Assembly (NCBI RefSeq): GCF_009914755.1
Contig: NC_060932.1
Source of the DNA: the human T2T-CHM13v2.0 reference genome, Homo sapiens
Strand: one strand, 5' to 3'
DNA: 64,000 bases
Each line of letters starts with the position of its first letter. Position 1 is the stretch's first letter. The notes below the pieces were generated by a model that was not told where the DNA came from, did not search any database, and worked only from the letters and a program-made list of their open reading frames with translations. The translations under genes were made by a program, and so were the position numbers. Positions 58,722 to 64,000 of this stretch are shown in pieces.

Positions 58722-59348
58722 TGATACAGGAGCTAAAAAGAAATTATTTAGGCAGAGAGTGAGAGTAAGGGAGTCCTTGGCAAGGCTTCCCTTTTAACAA
58801 AAAGCAGCCCCCAGATAATTTCTTTTCTAACAAAAAGCAGCCTGTAAAATCAAGCTGCAGACATAGATAACCAAGCTGGAAGCTTGCACAGGTGAATGAC
58901 GGCGGCTGTGCATTGCAATAGGGGAAGCCTACCTGGGGGCCAGGTAGGTTCAACATGGAGGCTCCATCTTCGCTTTTCTTTGTCACCATGTGTACAGTAA
59001 AGAAACAGGCAACATGGCGCTGGCCAGGTAGAGAACCAACTGCATAATTAAAGATTAGGGTGGGGTGGCCAGCTATGCAAATGGCACACCTGGTCTCACC
59101 AATCTCTCATGCCCTATATAAATCAGACACCGCCTCCTCAAGCTCATCTATAAAATCTTATGCACTTGGCTGTGAACCGGAACACCTGCTGGGGTGCCCC
59201 TCTCTCTCTCTGCAGGAGAGAGAACTCTTCCTTTTCTTTCGCCAATTAAACCTCCACTCTTAACCTCACTGTTTGTGTGTCTGCGTCCTTGATTCCCTTG
59301 GCGCAAGGCAACAAACGTTGGGTATTACAGACCAATGATGCCGCTTCA
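58722..59348 (+). mobile_element. LTR9/MER61-group ERV1 solo LTR
   Basis: TGATACAGGAGCTAAAAAGAAATTATTTAGGCAG...GCCGCTTCA; TSD TCAG/CCAG; TATATAAA ~59115. Confidence 0.85.
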
Positions 59349-59360
59349 CCAGCTCATATA

Positions 59361-59396
59361 TGGCAAAAACTGCAATAAGTTTTGCACCAACCCTAA
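59361..59396. mobile_element. MADE1 half-element
   Basis: tggcaaaaactgcaataagttttgcaccaaccctaa. Confidence 0.65.
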
Positions 59397-60819
59397 TGCT
59401 AAATTATTAATTACTACTTACCTAAAAAAGAGAACCATATAAATTAATTAGTATTGTACAACACTACATGTATTTAGTCAAAATACCAGATAACCTAACT
59501 TTATATTTATGTATACATCACATGTATTTTTAAAATTAATTCTTCACTTTAGTGAAGTATTATAAACTGTTAATCATTCATCCTAACTTTTGCTTAGCCT
59601 TTGAAGTTCAGACCTCTCCAAAATTTTTTCCTCCACCTGGTTAAGAACTATTTTCTTTGGACTTAATCTGGTTTTTCTATTGTAGATCACATCTAATCAA
59701 GGTAGTTGAATAGACTCAACAAACCAGTAAGAGGTTGTTGAAGTATCATTCATAACAAAAGGTAACAACAGTTCCTTATAGGCCATATCTCATGCCTTCT
59801 GTTTTACTGGTGCAAGTTTGTGCCCCAGGAGGGTTAGGAATGGCATCTAACACCCCCGTGGAGCAGACAGACCCCTTTTGTAAGTGTGTATTTGTTTCAA
59901 CCACATGCCTTAAGCTCAGTTTAAAAAAATAAAATTAAAAAAAAATTTATGTGAGTACAGAAAGTTTGCATCACATTCACTCTACAACATCTTTAAAGGC
60001 AGCGATTATTCCAGAACACAGAGGAGACAAACAAGGCCCCTTTGTTCCAGGAGTGCACTCCTTAAAGAGCAGTTCCAAGCCCATCAGTCTGAAGGGCCAG
60101 GCAGTTGGCCCCGGGGGAGCCTGCCAAACACCCAGAGATGCTTCCCGGGAATCTTCTGCTGCTGCTGAAGTGTTGACAGGCTCTTGAGCTGAGAGCTCAG
60201 GCTGTTGATAGGAATATATAGCTCAGATAGTCAGAAATCAACCTACTCAAATTTCTCAGACCATTCTCTCCTTCGTTTCTCTCTTTTTAACAATCCAAGT
60301 ACAGATTTTCTTTTAAAAACCTTCTTCCAAAAAAATGTCTACGTTCCTGCTTCCTCCTGGGGGTAACGAAATAAAAGGCTTAAGGTGCTTTAAGGAAAAT
60401 GGAGTCAGTTCCCCTCCCTTCAGCCCTCAAGTTCTGCTGATTCCAAGGGGTGGGTGGCGAGGGCCAGCAGTTGGCGGCCACCCACTCCCTGTCTCCTCTC
60501 ACTTGGTATCTCCCTGGCCTCACGCTCAATCAGGTCTTCCGTGACCACACAGGGAAATGAAGAATACTGTTCGCTTACGAAGAATCTGGGAATCCCTGCA
60601 GTCCATGATTTTCTTTTTTCTATTTTACTTTCTTCTCAAAAGCCTTTTATTTTCTAAAAGCACATACAGTATAAGCCCATTCTGATGATTTTAGGAGCAT
60701 CCATTCCTCAATGCAAAGATATTAATGCTAGATAATAAAGCTCTGAGTTCATACATTTAAAAGTCGAGAGAGTGAGGAGTGAGGGGAGAGAGAGGGAGCA
60801 GAAAACGCTAGCTGCCTTA

Positions 60820-61190
60820 ATACTCATTTTCCTCTTCTACAAACCCTTGATATTTAGCTAATGTACCCTACCTTTCTCAAGGTCCCCAGCAGCTAAGGAA
60901 GGCCATGTGACTAATTCTGGCCAATGGGATGTAAGAAATTCAAAGTGCATTTCACAGAGCATGTTAGGAACACGCCCATTCTTCCAGCCCTTCCTCAACC
61001 CTGGTGTTCGTACCAGGGACTTGGTGTCAAAGGCAACGTCCCAGAAGAAACCTCATGCAATGCAGTGACAATATCAGTCCTGGAAACCCTATCTCTGGAC
61101 TCTGGGATAAAAGAGCAATACATTTCTGTATTGTTTATACCACCGTTAATTTGAGTTTTAATTTTATTTCATGAACCCAGTCATATTTTA
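60820..61190 (+). mobile_element. Old MaLR LTR (MLT1-like)
   Basis: ggccatgtgactaattctggccaatgggatgtaag...atctctggactc...ttgtttatac. Confidence 0.6.
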
Positions 61191-61249
61191 AGCCAAGGTG
61201 GATTTCCCACAAAGCTAATGGAGCAGAAGCTTTAGAAACCCTCACTTGC

Positions 61250-61565
<316 letters not shown>

Positions 61566-62597
61566 ACCCTCACTTGCCAGGATGACTCCAAAGCCTGAGG
61601 AGGAACCCCGACATTGGGGTCACATGGTCATCTTATATTCTTTTCTTTAAAAGGTTCCTCAACTGCATAAGCCTCACACCTCATCCATGATAAGCCAGTG
61701 AGTCTTTCCACGTGTGCCTCTTGAGTGGGGCAGCGCCATTCTGGTCAGCCCACCTTACATGTAGCACAGTAAATAGTTCACAGTTTCTCCTGCATCAGAT
61801 CATCTACTTGGTGAAATTTAGGAATAGCACAGCCCATTGTTTCCCAAAGTACATTCCTAGATATTAATAATTGTTATAAGAGAAAAGAGTAACAGAAAAG
61901 TATAATATTAGCTAAGATGTTTTTGTCTATGTTTTTAACTACAATATTTCTCAGAGGAAGCAATGTGGGAATGTGCGCAGTGAATATCCCAGCACAAGAG
62001 AAGGCTGTATTTCCTAAACGTATTGGACCACCAAACCCCCTTTTTAAGTAGTTGGTGGGTTATATTTTTGTGAAGCATGATTTGAAAGCACTCTCCTGGT
62101 CTCAGTAGCAAATATTTGTTGACTATCTCTTTGGGGAAGTTAAGTGTTTTATTTTTGTAGCATTAGTGGAAGAAGGTAATTTTTCTTCCTGATTTTATTG
62201 TTTATAATTGCTCCCTGTCTGGAGTTTGCTAATCAGTAAGCATTGATTTCAACAATATTGTCATTTCTGCATTGACACTGATGCATCTCTCAGGTCTCCA
62301 ACAAAAGCTAAGAGTGACATGTACAAAATGTTAGATCACCTGTGGAGGAAAGGGTGTGAGTTCAGGGGAGTCGGAGTCACACTGAGGTTTCATCTCCTGT
62401 GAGGAAGATCTTTGATGGGGGGATACAGAAAGCTACAACCACGATGGAGACGTAGTTCTGCAGAAAGGACCCATTTCTGTGCTTATGTCAGTGCTTGGAG
62501 AAATCTCCAGGCTCATTTATGTGAGCCACATTTTCATTACAGGAAAATAATTGACACCATGCTTCTTGGCTTTAACTGAAATTTAAGCATTTACACC

Positions 62598-62938
62598 TGT
62601 ATTCATCTTCTAGGGTTTCTACAAGAAAGTATCATAAACTGCATGGCTGCATGTACCCTACCTTTCTCAAGTTCCCCAGCAGCTAAGGAAGGCCATGTGA
62701 CTGATTTTGGCAGGAATTTATTTTTTCACAGTGCTGGAGACTGGAAGTTCAAAGCCAAGGTGTCAGCAGTCCTTGCCTCCTCCTACCTTCTGGTGGTGGC
62801 CATTGATTCTTGGCATTTCTTGGCTTGCAACTGCACCACTTGAGTCTCTGCCTCTTTCCTCACATGGCATTTTCCTCTTACAGGGGTTAGGAATTCAACA
62901 TACTTTTTGGAGGGGGCACAATTCAATCCATAGTAACA
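62598..62938 (-). mobile_element. MaLR LTR (MLT1B/C-like) carrying a 61-bp templated insertion
   Basis: tgtattcatcttctaggg...ggagactggaagttcaaagccaaggtgtcagcag...attcaatccatagtaaca. Confidence 0.75.
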
Positions 62939-62944
62939 CCAAAG

Positions 62945-63165
62945 ACTCCTTAATTTTCTGTAGGGCAACATAATGTCATGATGGACAGAGCTCTGAGTTA
63001 GGAGTCCGAAGGCCTTAGTGGGCACTTAGCAAATCTCTAGGCTACATTTCTATATATATAAACAAGGATAACAATACACTCCTTGACTTCCCTGTAAGGG
63101 TTGTAACAAAGATATAGAAAAGTGCTCTGTAGCCTTTCAATGATGATAGAAGTGTTATTGTCTTC
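62945..63165 (+). mobile_element. MIR
   Basis: gagctctgagttaggag...aaacaaggataacaatac...agggttgtaac. Confidence 0.5.
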
Positions 63166-64000
63166 AAAGAGAAACATGGCTAATGTGGGTAATTGAAATT
63201 TGGCATATGATCTCACACCTTACTTTAGACAATGATTTTGACCTCTACCTCCTTCATCTCTCTACTAGACAAAGACATAATTTTGTTTATATTGCTGCCC
63301 TTGCACTCTCTACTAAGTGATGTTAGATGATGAGGAAAGTCCTTGTCAGTGCAGCCAATTCTCAAATTGAATCTGAAGCATCCGGTAATGGGAAAATGTC
63401 CATATTGCTTCAATAATCATTCTTTAATAGAGTTTCAACTTGGAGAAAAAGACTGAAAAATGCCAGCAGAAGACTTTTTCTAAAAAAAAAGACCAACTAC
63501 ATATTAATTAATCTAAAATTACTCAGCTTCAGTTGTATGTGCCTTTAACATGATAATAAGGGAATAGTAGGGCCATGGTTTATAAACCAGTGACTTCATC
63601 TTTAGAAGAACTGGTGATAGTAATGGGAATTTGCAGGCTAGTTCAGTTTTGCAGAAGTTCCCCATATCATATTTTCATTTACTTAGTGCAGGGTAACTCA
63701 AATGTTCATCCTTTTCCTGAGGATAGAATTTACTACATTGTTTATCAATAGTAATACTGGTTATGTCATGTTGGGTAAATGTTCTCTTTGGCAATCATGT
63801 ATCAATCCAAATAAATAAAAATAAGTTACTTATAACATGCAATTTTTTGATATGCAAAATCTTATAAAGCATGGGGTTAAAGGGAGATTGAGATTTTAAA
63901 TAGGGATTCTTGATAGTTAAAATATTGAGAAGAGTGGAGTTGAGGATGAATACTGATGATATGATTCCCCTTTAATGAACACTGGAAAAACAAGGCAGGC

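Overview
Primate (human-like) genomic DNA: Alu, L1PA, LTR12 and THE1/MST elements plus the 5' end of LONRF1. The first ~2.2 kb is a CpG island holding coding exon 1 of LONRF1 on the minus strand (ATG at 1551, splice donor after 831; TPR-like helices and the first C3HC4 RING). The rest is upstream, repeat-rich sequence. Most notable: 12595-15227 (+) is a heavily decayed, apparently full-length, intronless GARIN/FAM71-family (GARIN3/FAM71B- and GARIN4/FAM71A-like) retrocopy. It is split by three TE insertions, ends in an A13 tail, lies just downstream of a CpG-rich promoter-like patch, and appears only as short disconnected fragments in the ORF track. Other observations: three D-box cores in 40 bp ~2.1 kb upstream of LONRF1; three copies of one LTR family, one fused by deletion to an MST internal segment; two twin-primed (5'-inverted) L1s; a 61-bp templated insertion; a template-switch-like quasi-palindrome. 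Repeat subfamily names and GARIN comparisons come from remembered sequences, not database searches. I recall lncRNA annotations upstream of LONRF1 (e.g. LINC00681) but cannot define their exons from sequence alone.
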